Assembly: GCA_050506795.1 (NCBI GenBank)
Contig: JBJHCF010000057.1
Coordinates: 1-27,931, forward strand
From: Opitutia bacterium
GTDB lineage: Bacteria > Verrucomicrobiota > Verrucomicrobiia > Opitutales > T3Sed10-336
Length of the DNA: 27,931 nt
Reading direction: 5' to 3'
Position numbers and translations under genes: made by a program
Notes under the pieces: model-generated
What the model saw: the letters and a program-made list of their open reading frames with translations, nothing else
Database searches by the model: none
What the model was told of the DNA's origin: nothing
Part shown: one piece after another, positions 1 to 9,090 of the stretch
How positions within the stretch are numbered: position 1 is the stretch's first letter
Layout of the letters: each line of letters starts with the position of its first letter

Positions 1-27
1 CCATTACTCGCCCCTTGTGTGGGGCTG

Positions 28-70
28 TTTTTTTTTTATACCCCCCCGGGGGGGGGGGGTGGGGGGGGGG
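28..70. other. Homopolymer/low-complexity tract (T10, C7, long poly-G), probably low-quality contig-end sequence
   Basis: Consecutive T, C and ~20 G runs at the window edge, unlike the rest of the window. Confidence 0.6.
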
Positions 71-104
71 CGCGGGTCTGGCGGTTGGGGGGTATCGCCA
101 CCCG

Positions 105-126
105 CCTAAGCCCGACCGACTCCTAG
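105..126. mobile_element. Probable IS/MITE terminal inverted repeat ending in CTAG
   Basis: 112-126 CCGACCGACTCCTAG matches 11608-11622 CCGACAGACTCCTAG at 14/15. It resembles IS/MITE ends that abut CTAG targets; family not assigned. Confidence 0.4.
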
Positions 127-378
127 CTGAGCCAGTTGCCCGGTGTACCCGATTCTTGGGGCTGAGTTGACTAACCTGCCAACGGGACGGGGTTGACCCC
201 GCCGAATCCCTGCGTGCCTACTCAGTCTTCCAGGGCGTATCAATCGGGTCGCCCGCTTGGGGAATAGCGGTCTATACTATTTTGACAGTGTGGAGATCCT
301 GAGGGTTTCTTGGCGGCTCCACCCAGCCCGGGAATAACTGAAAATCGGCAGGTTGGGTATACGAAAAAAAGCGACGCT

Positions 379-418
379 GTCGCAATTTCAAAAAAAATAT
401 GCGCATTCGTGTATACCA
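379..418 (+). promoter_or_regulatory. Shared upstream motif (promoter/operator) of the + arm
   Basis: GTCGCAATTTCAAAAAAAATATGCGCATTCGTGTATACCA is 32/40 identical, ungapped, to the reverse complement of 24605-24644; it ends ~55 nt before ATG 474. Confidence 0.65.
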
Positions 419-473
419 TTCTATTTTCATTTGTCTTAATCTCTTTCGCACAACGGAGTAACCGAAAGATCAG

Positions 474-3398
474 ATGTACCAGCCAATGAAGCAACTTATG
501 AGAATTCCCTTCCTGATGATCCTGGTGATCGCTCTCAAGAGCCAGGCCGCTGTTCCAATCTCTCCGGTGGAGGATGTCGAGGGTGGCGGCGTGGCGGCCA
601 AACTTGAGAACGAGCACCTCAAGGTCTCGTTTGTCGAAGCGGTCCGCGGCGGCCGTGCCACAGTCCGGCCTCTGCTTGAATTGCCGATGGGGGGCCGGTG
701 GGTCGAAGCGCCGCTGGAGGCCTCGGCGGAATCGTATCAGATTCTGTCGGCCCCGGAGGGTGTGAGAATGGAGATCCCGCAACGCGGATTCTTTCCGCGT
801 TGGCCCGATCGGACGAAAGACGACTCGAGGGGGCCCCGGATCATTTGGGATGCGGGAGAAAGCTTTGAGGCGGTCCTCGAATCCGTGACGCAGGTCGATG
901 AACAACGGCTCCTGTTGCGCTTTTATCCGCTTCCGATCGGCACCCTGGAGGGAAGCTGGGAGTTGAGACCGGGCGAGAAGACCGTCCGGGTTTCGCTTGA
1001 GTTTACGCCGGACGAGCCGGGACAGTTTTCGCTCGGTTATTTTCTTTTCAACCGCAAGCCGCTGGAGGACGTGGATGAATTGCTCATGCCGATGCTGGTG
1101 AACGCCAAACGCTTTCCGTCTGAGGAATACACGCTGCTCCAAACCCAGGCTCCGACGCCCCTGTCCTTGATGCAGGTCGGATCGCTGACGTGGGCGGTAT
1201 CGGGAGATCGCCACTCGGTGCCTTTTGAGTTTCCCGTTCCCGCGGAGTCGAGATATGGACTCCACATTCGCAACCCGGACGGGCTCGTTCAGCCTTCCAT
1301 TTACGGTCCGCTGGTGGGGACCCAGGCATCGCGAGCCTCACCGGGCAAGCCGGTGCGTTTTCAGTTTCGGCTGCTGGTCGAGCCGGGCGACTGGTACGCC
1401 GCCTACCGGACGGTGGCCGATGAGGTCTTCGAGTGGCGGGACTACCGGCGCAACGCCGAGGTTTCACTGACCGATGCCGCGCTGAACATGATCGACCTGT
1501 ACATGGACGACGAACACAGCGGCTGGTGGGAGCGGGCCAAGGCCCATTACCAGATCGAGTCCAGAAATGGATCCACCCAGGCATCGCCGATGAGCGCTAT
1601 TTCCCTTTATTGGCTCACTGGTGACCCGGAGGTTTACCAGCGGCGCAGCCTGCCGACTCTGGAGTTCATTCTGTCGCGTGGAGAACCGCATTTCTCGCCG
1701 ATTCCCGAGGATACCGAGGGATTCCCCGGCGCTTACCCCGACGGCTCGATGAAGGGCCCGGTTGATATTTTCGGCGCCACGGTATATGGCGGATTGTGGG
1801 AGTTGACAAACCGCCGCACCACCTTGCTTCGCGATATTGCCTTTCCCGGGGACGGGATCCGTGACACAGGCACGCAGCAGAGTTTCGAAAGCCACAATCA
1901 GCCTTTCGACGAGTGGTTGGGGCGGTACCTGTTTACCGGAGACGAGGCCGCCCTGGAGCGCGCCGTGCGCGAAGCCGATGAATATATCGCCCAGGCAATA
2001 GAAATTCGCCCGGAGCGCGAGCTGGGCACGCATCCGTTCTTCCTTATGCCCTACGTCCCCGCCTGGGAAGGGCTTCTACGCCTTTACGAAGTGACCGGTG
2101 AGGAACGCTTCCTGGAGGCATCGGCTTATGGCGCCCGTATGGTGATGACCGGGATGTGGACGCAGCCGACGCCGACCCATGAAAGCGTTTTGATTCATCC
2201 GGACGGCGTCGTGGATGGAGACAAGCTGCACCTTGTTTTAAATCGGGGAGACGAGCTATTCCGTCTTGGCTGGCCTCGCGAGTCCGATGATACGTGGGAA
2301 CGGGTCGTTCCCGGCTGGCAGGTTTCGCCCGTCGGACTCGGTTTTGAGACCCCTTTTACGTACACCTACCAGGACCAGGGCGGGCGAATGATCATGCAGG
2401 CTCCGTGGACCTCCGCCTTTGTGCGGTTGGCCCATTACACCGGTGACCGGCAGTTCAAAACCTACGCGCGCAACGCTGTTGTAGGGCGCTGGAGCAATTA
2501 TCCCGGTTATTACTACACCACCTTCACCGACCTCTTTCTGGATCCGGAATTCCCCTACGTGGGGCCGGATATGAGTTTTATTTATTACCATCACATCCTG
2601 GTGCATCTTTCGTGGACCCTGGATTACCTGGTGAGCCAGGCGGCCTTGCGATCCGACGGCGCGATCGACTTTCCCGGACTCCGCCAGTTCGGCTATGCCT
2701 TTTTCGACAACCTGGTTTATGGTCATGCACCGGGTGAAGTGATGGGGGAGAAAGACGTCTGGCTGTGGTTTCGACGGGACCTGGTTGGCTTGGATAATTC
2801 GCAGATCAATCACCTGACAGCTCATAATGGGGACAGCTTTTTCTTGGTCTTGATGAATGAGAGTCCACGGACCGAATTCGTGAACATTCGCTTCAATCCG
2901 AAAGCGATCGATGCGGGCGCGGGCGATTTCGAGGAGGCCAGGTTTCTTGCCGGAGGGGAAGGGGAGCTGCGGCTTCGTGAGAATGCAGCCGGGATCACGC
3001 TGCCAGCGCGCGGCATGGTCGTGTTGGCGGTCGATGGTCTCGATATCGAGATTGCCGCTCACCAGGACCATCCGGCGCCCGGGCAATCCGAATTTCCGGG
3101 CTTCATTACGATTCCGGTGGATGACGAAATGGAAATTCGGGCGGCGGCGATCCAGGTGAAACCTGGTTCGTGGGATGGCTATGTGTGGTCCACGGCCGGC
3201 TCGCGCGAACTAAAGGAAATCCGTCTGGCCTGGAAAGCCGGTGATGACCGTGGCGAGATCACCGACGACCACTACCCCTACGAGTTCTCCGTTCCGGTGC
3301 CGGCCGGCGAACCCCGACTGGACTTCACGGTAAAGGGAGTGAGAGCCGATGGCTCCCCGTTTGAGACCGAGGAGCAAACAATTGGAGTCGCCGATTAA
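474..3398 (+). CDS. Secreted uncharacterised protein, predicted beta-sandwich + alpha/alpha-barrel carbohydrate-active enzyme (paralog A)
   Basis: 974-aa ORF with signal peptide (LMILVIALKSQA-A) and barrel-type helix motif LLRLYEVTGEERFLEAS; extensive similarity to 5545-9090. Start could be 486 or 498. Confidence 0.85.
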   Translation: MYQPMKQLMRIPFLMILVIALKSQAAVPISPVEDVEGGGVAAKLENEHLKVSFVEAVRGGRATVRPLLELPMGGRWVEAPLEASAESYQILSAPEGVRMEIPQRGFFPRWPDRTKDDSRGPRIIWDAGESFEAVLESVTQVDEQRLLLRFYPLPIGTLEGSWELRPGEKTVRVSLEFTPDEPGQFSLGYFLFNRKPLEDVDELLMPMLVNAKRFPSEEYTLLQTQAPTPLSLMQVGSLTWAVSGDRHSVPFEFPVPAESRYGLHIRNPDGLVQPSIYGPLVGTQASRASPGKPVRFQFRLLVEPGDWYAAYRTVADEVFEWRDYRRNAEVSLTDAALNMIDLYMDDEHSGWWERAKAHYQIESRNGSTQASPMSAISLYWLTGDPEVYQRRSLPTLEFILSRGEPHFSPIPEDTEGFPGAYPDGSMKGPVDIFGATVYGGLWELTNRRTTLLRDIAFPGDGIRDTGTQQSFESHNQPFDEWLGRYLFTGDEAALERAVREADEYIAQAIEIRPERELGTHPFFLMPYVPAWEGLLRLYEVTGEERFLEASAYGARMVMTGMWTQPTPTHESVLIHPDGVVDGDKLHLVLNRGDELFRLGWPRESDDTWERVVPGWQVSPVGLGFETPFTYTYQDQGGRMIMQAPWTSAFVRLAHYTGDRQFKTYARNAVVGRWSNYPGYYYTTFTDLFLDPEFPYVGPDMSFIYYHHILVHLSWTLDYLVSQAALRSDGAIDFPGLRQFGYAFFDNLVYGHAPGEVMGEKDVWLWFRRDLVGLDNSQINHLTAHNGDSFFLVLMNESPRTEFVNIRFNPKAIDAGAGDFEEARFLAGGEGELRLRENAAGITLPARGMVVLAVDGLDIEIAAHQDHPAPGQSEFPGFITIPVDDEMEIRAAAIQVKPGSWDGYVWSTAGSRELKEIRLAWKAGDDRGEITDDHYPYEFSVPVPAGEPRLDFTVKGVRADGSPFETEEQTIGVAD

Positions 3399-3464
3399 TG
3401 CCCGCATCGAGGCGATGACCCTTTATTCATCGTTAACCTGTCGATAAATTCTTAAAGATACAAC

Positions 3465-5402
3465 ATGACGGGACCCGATTTTTTTGTACTTTTTGTTTAT
3501 GGCATTGGCATCATGGGCATTGGTGTCTTTCTGGGGCGCCTGGTAAAGAGCCCCGAGGATATGTTCGCCGCGGGCGGGCAGTCGCCTTGGTGGGTTTCGG
3601 GTTTGTCCGGTTTCATGACGATGTTCTCCGCCGGAACCTTTGTGGTGTGGGGGGGAATTGCCTATCGGCTGGGATTCGTCGCGGTATCCATCAGTATGTG
3701 TTATGGAGTCGCGGCGATTCTGATCGGTTGGACCCTCGCGGCCAAATGGAAGGAAGCCGGGGTCTCCTCGGCGGCGGAGTTTTTGCGACTGAGATATGGC
3801 GACTCGATCGTTCAGTTCTATACCTGGCTTCAGGGAATCATGCAGGTGTTTACGCTGGGCGGCGGGGTCTATGCTCTATCGATTGTCATCTGCACGCTTA
3901 TCGTGTTGCCGGTGGAGATAGAGGATACGTTCTTCGGCTTCCTGCGGGATGAGTCAACCGGCCATCTGTCCGTCACCTGGATGTCGATCTTCGTGCTCAC
4001 GTGCGTGGTGGTGGTTACCCTCATCGGCGGTCTTTGGGCGGTTCTGCTGACCGATACCCTGCAGTTTATTGTTCTGACGGTATCGGTCGTTTTCGTCGTG
4101 CCGTTGATTTTAATGGAGGCCGGGGGAGTGGGCACGTTCCTGGAGAGCGCGGGAAACACAACGGTTGATGATTCCGGCAACACACTCTTGAGTCCCATTG
4201 CCGGGAGATATTCGGCCTGGTTTCTTTTCGGGTGGCTGGTGGTGCACTACGCCAAAATCGGCGGAGAGTGGGCCTTCGTCCAACGTTTTACCTGTGTTCC
4301 CAGCGCGCGGGACGCGAAGAAGAGCGCCTATCTGTTCGGGGTTATGTATCTCGTAAGCCCGCTTTTTTGGATGCTTCCCGCCATCGCGTTCCGGACAATA
4401 TCGCCGATTCCGGATACGTTCGACGGGGAATTGATGGCTTACGTCAGTCCCGCGGACTACTCGGCGTTTCCGGAGTCCGAGCGAGCCGCGCTGGCTGAAG
4501 GGAACTGGCAAGCTGTGTCCGAAGAAAACCTTGAGCGACTGCGAACTCCGGCGGTGACGAGGTATTCGGAGCGGGCCTATATTCTAGCCTGTCAGGCTGT
4601 GTTGCCGCCTGGTATGATTGGTTTGATGGTGGCTGCCATGATTTCCGCGACCGCGAGTATGGCGACCACTCAGTTAAACGTATATGCCGGGGCATTCACG
4701 GAACAGGTTTATCAGCGATTTATAAACAGAAAAGCCAGAAAGAAGACGTTGGTGTGGGCCGGTCGTGTGGCAACCTTCCTTCTTGGCCTCCTGGCTCTCT
4801 CCGGGGCGCTCATTATTCCCCGGGCCGGAACTTACGAGAATTTTATAATCGCCTTGTCGGCTTCATTGGTGATTCCGTTGGTCTTGCCGACGATTTGGGG
4901 CTTGTTTTCTAAGAAAGTCGGGCTCTATTCGGCGTGGACGGCGACTCTTCTCGGTGTCACCTGTTCTATGGTAAACAAATTCGGGTTCCAGGGAACGGAC
5001 GCTTGGTTCAGTGACGCAGGCTGGGCAAGCGGGCTCGTCGAGTTGGCCAGTCGAAACCCCTCGGTTTCCGATTGGGTTGTGGGACTGGTGGTCCCCGTTA
5101 CGACGTTGATAATTTTTCAAGTGACCGCGAGGGGGGTGGACCCGGGCAGTCAACGGATTAGCGATCACATCGGTGGGCAAACAGAGGAGCGACCCATAAA
5201 AGCTTCCGCTTTACCCGGGCAGATTGTCGCCTGGGCTTTGCTTGTCCTGGCTGTCTTGTTTTTCGGTCTGATTCCGTTTGGTGATGGGCAAGGCGGCATT
5301 GTCGCAATTTTTGCTCTCATGCTTTTGCTGTTGGGAGGGGGAACGCTGTTTGGGCTTCGCCGCTTGAAAGTAAAGGGGACATTGGAACACCGGAATCCAT
5401 GA
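3465..5402 (+). CDS. Sodium:solute symporter (SSS family), likely sugar/oligosaccharide uptake
   Basis: Many TM helices; SSS motifs MFAAGGQSPWW, SAGTFVVWGG, GGLWAVLLTDTLQF, FVQRF, GMIGLMVAAMISAT. Confidence 0.93.
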   Translation: MTGPDFFVLFVYGIGIMGIGVFLGRLVKSPEDMFAAGGQSPWWVSGLSGFMTMFSAGTFVVWGGIAYRLGFVAVSISMCYGVAAILIGWTLAAKWKEAGVSSAAEFLRLRYGDSIVQFYTWLQGIMQVFTLGGGVYALSIVICTLIVLPVEIEDTFFGFLRDESTGHLSVTWMSIFVLTCVVVVTLIGGLWAVLLTDTLQFIVLTVSVVFVVPLILMEAGGVGTFLESAGNTTVDDSGNTLLSPIAGRYSAWFLFGWLVVHYAKIGGEWAFVQRFTCVPSARDAKKSAYLFGVMYLVSPLFWMLPAIAFRTISPIPDTFDGELMAYVSPADYSAFPESERAALAEGNWQAVSEENLERLRTPAVTRYSERAYILACQAVLPPGMIGLMVAAMISATASMATTQLNVYAGAFTEQVYQRFINRKARKKTLVWAGRVATFLLGLLALSGALIIPRAGTYENFIIALSASLVIPLVLPTIWGLFSKKVGLYSAWTATLLGVTCSMVNKFGFQGTDAWFSDAGWASGLVELASRNPSVSDWVVGLVVPVTTLIIFQVTARGVDPGSQRISDHIGGQTEERPIKASALPGQIVAWALLVLAVLFFGLIPFGDGQGGIVAIFALMLLLLGGGTLFGLRRLKVKGTLEHRNP

Positions 5403-5544
5403 TTGTATGGTTTTCAGCCGTCAAAAGATAAAGTTCTCAGGCGCACGAAAGGCGGTCGATCTTTTACCCTGAAATCTGAAGAAACCGAAAACGATAGCAT
5501 TGTTACTACGGATTAACATGCTTGTACGAATAGAAATATATATC

Positions 5545-8500
5545 ATGAAGTATTTGCGAAAGATGAACTCGCCGTATATGGCGCTTCGAGCCCTCACAGG
5601 GATCGCTCTGCTATTCTGCGCTGCTGTTCCTGGAGAAGGGGAAGAGGGTGTTGAAGCGGCCCCGCTTCTCTTGGAAGCGGAGGATTTTCAGTTTACTGGA
5701 GGATGGATGTTGGAAGAGCGCGGGGAAGCATCCGGAGGCGAGGCTCTCGTGTTTCGGGGCTCGGTCTATGGGAACCATCCGGAGTTAACGGAGATACCGG
5801 TGGCGAATCGGCCGGCCCTGTCTGTGTTCTCAGTACCGGAAAGCGGAGTGTATTCGGTATACGCGCGTGTGGGAAGAGCGAGCGACGGTGAGGGTTCTTT
5901 TCGTGTCCGTTTCAATAAATCAGTGTTTGAAGCCGATGTCGGTGAGGGAGCGCGAAACCAGCTCGAATGGAAGCAATTGGGAGTCGTACACCTGCCGGAG
6001 GGCGAGCTCGTGGTTCAACTTGAGGATCCGGAGGCGGGCGCGATTTGCGATGCACTGTTGCTTTTGCCTGGGAAGGAGAGAGCTGAAATAGCGCCCTTGG
6101 ACGAACTGAACCGGTATCGGCTGTCCCCGGTTGAGAAGCCGGTACGATCGCCCTTCGATGCTTACCGGTATGACTTTGAGCGGGCGCGGGAACTGGATGT
6201 CGCGGCGGTTATGGAAAATGACCGGACCAGAATCGAGTTCCGCGAATACGACGTTCCTGATGGAGATAATGTTATCATCCCGCGGTTTTATGTGAACGGT
6301 GGAGATGATTGGATCGCTGTCAGTGAAGAAGCGGAGGCTCAGATGCTTTTTCTCCTCTACGCCGAAAATGTAGAGGTGAGGATGCCGGAGGCGCAGCCGT
6401 ACTGGCACCCTCAGGTACAGAATCAGTATGTCGAGGTTGGTGGGGATTCGTACCCTGTTCCGGCCGACGGTACCAATCCCTTCGCATCCGGCCGTGTCAC
6501 CGTGTTTTATCCGCGGGAGCTGGAGATAATCGAGGAGAATAAGACTGTGCGGCTGGTTTATGAGGATTTGGAAGGAACAACGATTGCCACGGAATGGCGC
6601 CTCAACCAATATGACGTTGGCGTGAAGGCCTCCGTCACCGTGGAACGGGACGGTTATTACTCGATCGGCTACGTCGCCTTCGATTCACTCAGGAAGGAGG
6701 AGGTTACCTTTGTGCAACTGCCGCCGTTGTACCAGCACCAGCGGGTTCCCGAGGCGTCAAGGATGTCGGTAAGCTCCACGACTCCACATCCTCTTGCTTT
6801 GGTGGAGACGACACTCGGGCGTACCGGAGGAACCGGGAACCGCCTTTCCTTTGGAACCGTCGCCGAACCGGGTCGGCTGCCGTTCGAATGGCCGACGAAC
6901 ACCGAGCTGCAATCTCCGTACGGCTTTTCGTTGGTCAACGCGGACGGGAAGGTTCAACCGGTGGTTTTTTCCCCGGTCCTGGGTCTGGATGATTCTTATT
7001 GGGAAACGGGCGAATCTCGTACGGTGGAATTCAGACTTTTCGCGAAATCCGGAGACTGGATGGACAGCCTGAAGAGTATTTCGGAACACATCATGAATGT
7101 CAGGGATTACCGCCACCCGATTCAGGCGTCGCTCACCGATGCCGTCCTGAACATGGTGGAACTGATGAAGGACGGTGAGGCAAGCGGATGGGATGATGAA
7201 CTCAAAGGCTTCTATAACATTGAGTTTAAATCCGGCGTTACCCACGCCGCTCCTCTGGCGGTTGTGTCCGCGGCCATCCTGAGTGGAGACGAGGAGCTCT
7301 ATGCGAAACGGGCGTTGCCGACGATCGCCTTCACTCTCTCCAGACCGTACGCCCACTTTGGCCGTCCACACGAGGCGGGGAATTGGGCGGGGCAACCGTT
7401 TGGGGTAAGCCATATAAGTCCTGTTCGGCTGATCGTCCCAACCCGTTTTTACGGATCCGCGTACTGGCAGGGCCTTCACGATCTTCTGGGCCGTTTGAAC
7501 CCATGGATGGAACCATTCATTTTACCGGGGGGAGAAGTCCGGCACACAACACCGTACAACGATCGGGCTCCTTATTGGTCTTCCCTGATGGCGGAGTATC
7601 GACACCAGCCTGATGATGTGCTTTTGGAAAAAATCGAGAGAAGGGCGGAGGCGTTTATTGAGGAGGAAATCTTTGGACGCGACGAGGAAGTGGTGCCGTA
7701 CACGCGGTTTTACGATATACACATCTACCCTTACTGGTGGGACCTGATCGATCTGTACGAGATTACGGGAAACCAGTTGTATCTCCAAGCCGCCGAGGTG
7801 GGAGGTTATCATACCATTGCGGGGCTGTGGTCTCACCCGGCTTCGCCGGAGGGGGAGGTTCTTATTCATCCGGGAAACAAGTTTACACGCGATACGCGGG
7901 TTTTGTGGAAGGACGACCTTTGGTATCGGCTTGGGGCGAGTGACGATCTTCGTTACGAGGATGCCTCCGGGAGGCAGTGGGTATCGCATTTTTCGGTTGA
8001 GGAAAGAAGTGTGCCGGCTTGGCAAATCTCCCGCGTTGGCCTCGGTCTGGAGACTCCGTCCACCTATTTTCTGGCGCCGTGGGTAAAGAAAGATCAGGGG
8101 CTTAAGAATATCACTATGGCCACCACCGCGCCACATTTGCTCCGACTCGCACGACACACTGGAAACGAGGTTTTCAAAACCTATGCAAGAAACCTGATCA
8201 TCGGCCGGTTTGCCAACTACCCGGGATATTATTACTCGGACTACACCGACCTCCATCAATACCCCGACTACCCGTTTACCGGCCCCGATCTCACCCGCCT
8301 GTACTACCACCATATACCTCCGCACCTGGCGTTCACAATGGAGTATATTTTCGCACAGGCGGAGTACCGATCAAACGGGGCGATCGCTTTCCCATGGGTG
8401 AAGCAGCAGGATTATGCCTGGTTTATCAATCGTATTTATGGAACCGGGGAAGGAGAAATATACGGCGAGGAAGGACTGACGCCGCTTTGGGACCGGGATT

Positions 8501-9090
8501 TGGTCGATATTGATAACCATTTTGTGGATTGGTTTGCGGCCAAAAACAGTGAGAGTGCTTGGATTGTGGCAATGAGTCAAAGCGACGAAAGCATTCATAT
8601 TTCACCCGTCGTGAACATGGAAAAACTCGGCGTGAATACCGAGGAGGAGTTATTGATCTTTACCGGCGGCGGGAAGGAACCGCGGCGAGTCTCGATCGAT
8701 GAACTTGATTCGGTGCGGCTGGATCCAAAAGGGATTGCCGCTGTGAGGCTTGCCCGCAGCGGGGACAAGCTGGAGCCCTCTCCGCTTCGAACTTCGGGGC
8801 ACGTTGTGCGGGAGCTTGGCACGGAGTTTGGCGGCGAACTGCACGTATTCAGAATCCGTTCTCCGCAGTTTGAAGATGCGCTTTATGCCTTTCTGACCGA
8901 AGGGGGAGGCGATGACGCGTTCGAGGTGAGCTTGACGCTTGGAGATGGCTCCGAGAAAGTCAGGCACAGATTTCCTTACGAGTTTATGGTGTATCCGGTT
9001 TCCAGAGATAAGGAAGTAACCGTGGAGATTGAAGTGTTGCAGCGCGATACCGGGAATACACGAAACGTCGAGGTGGTGGTCGAACCATGA
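5545..9090 (+). CDS. Secreted uncharacterised protein, paralog B, with an extra N-terminal CBM-like jelly-roll domain
   Basis: Signal peptide (ALTGIALLFCAA); LEAEDF...ASGG...GVYSVYARV...CDALLL jelly-roll pattern; shares KTYARN..GR..NYPGYYY, GPD....YYHHI and PYEF with 474-3398. ATG 5545 (or 5563) preferred over the TTG at 5500. Confidence 0.85.
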   Translation: MKYLRKMNSPYMALRALTGIALLFCAAVPGEGEEGVEAAPLLLEAEDFQFTGGWMLEERGEASGGEALVFRGSVYGNHPELTEIPVANRPALSVFSVPESGVYSVYARVGRASDGEGSFRVRFNKSVFEADVGEGARNQLEWKQLGVVHLPEGELVVQLEDPEAGAICDALLLLPGKERAEIAPLDELNRYRLSPVEKPVRSPFDAYRYDFERARELDVAAVMENDRTRIEFREYDVPDGDNVIIPRFYVNGGDDWIAVSEEAEAQMLFLLYAENVEVRMPEAQPYWHPQVQNQYVEVGGDSYPVPADGTNPFASGRVTVFYPRELEIIEENKTVRLVYEDLEGTTIATEWRLNQYDVGVKASVTVERDGYYSIGYVAFDSLRKEEVTFVQLPPLYQHQRVPEASRMSVSSTTPHPLALVETTLGRTGGTGNRLSFGTVAEPGRLPFEWPTNTELQSPYGFSLVNADGKVQPVVFSPVLGLDDSYWETGESRTVEFRLFAKSGDWMDSLKSISEHIMNVRDYRHPIQASLTDAVLNMVELMKDGEASGWDDELKGFYNIEFKSGVTHAAPLAVVSAAILSGDEELYAKRALPTIAFTLSRPYAHFGRPHEAGNWAGQPFGVSHISPVRLIVPTRFYGSAYWQGLHDLLGRLNPWMEPFILPGGEVRHTTPYNDRAPYWSSLMAEYRHQPDDVLLEKIERRAEAFIEEEIFGRDEEVVPYTRFYDIHIYPYWWDLIDLYEITGNQLYLQAAEVGGYHTIAGLWSHPASPEGEVLIHPGNKFTRDTRVLWKDDLWYRLGASDDLRYEDASGRQWVSHFSVEERSVPAWQISRVGLGLETPSTYFLAPWVKKDQGLKNITMATTAPHLLRLARHTGNEVFKTYARNLIIGRFANYPGYYYSDYTDLHQYPDYPFTGPDLTRLYYHHIPPHLAFTMEYIFAQAEYRSNGAIAFPWVKQQDYAWFINRIYGTGEGEIYGEEGLTPLWDRDLVDIDNHFVDWFAAKNSESAWIVAMSQSDESIHISPVVNMEKLGVNTEEELLIFTGGGKEPRRVSIDELDSVRLDPKGIAAVRLARSGDKLEPSPLRTSGHVVRELGTEFGGELHVFRIRSPQFEDALYAFLTEGGGDDAFEVSLTLGDGSEKVRHRFPYEFMVYPVSRDKEVTVEIEVLQRDTGNTRNVEVVVEP

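Noticed and set aside
10..37. Terminator-like GCCCC-TTGTGT-GGGGC followed by a T tract
   Set aside because: Lies within homopolymer-rich edge sequence of doubtful quality, with no upstream gene visible
41..95. Possible G-quadruplex or phase-variation tract
   Set aside because: More simply a poly-G sequencing or assembly artefact at a contig end
171..262. LTCQRDGVDPAESLRA..LPGRINRV resembles an IS66 transposase C-terminus
   Set aside because: Too short, needs a frameshift, and no IS66 GTAA-type end was found; plausible but unsupported without a search
364..383. A7 + GCGAC-GCT-GTCGC, a minus-strand terminator-like hairpin
   Set aside because: Only a 5-bp stem, no credible minus-strand gene ends here, and it overlaps the shared promoter motif
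240..1265. 341-aa minus-strand ORF and many similar Arg/Pro-rich overlapping ORFs
   Set aside because: Alternative frames of well-supported genes, with no protein-like features
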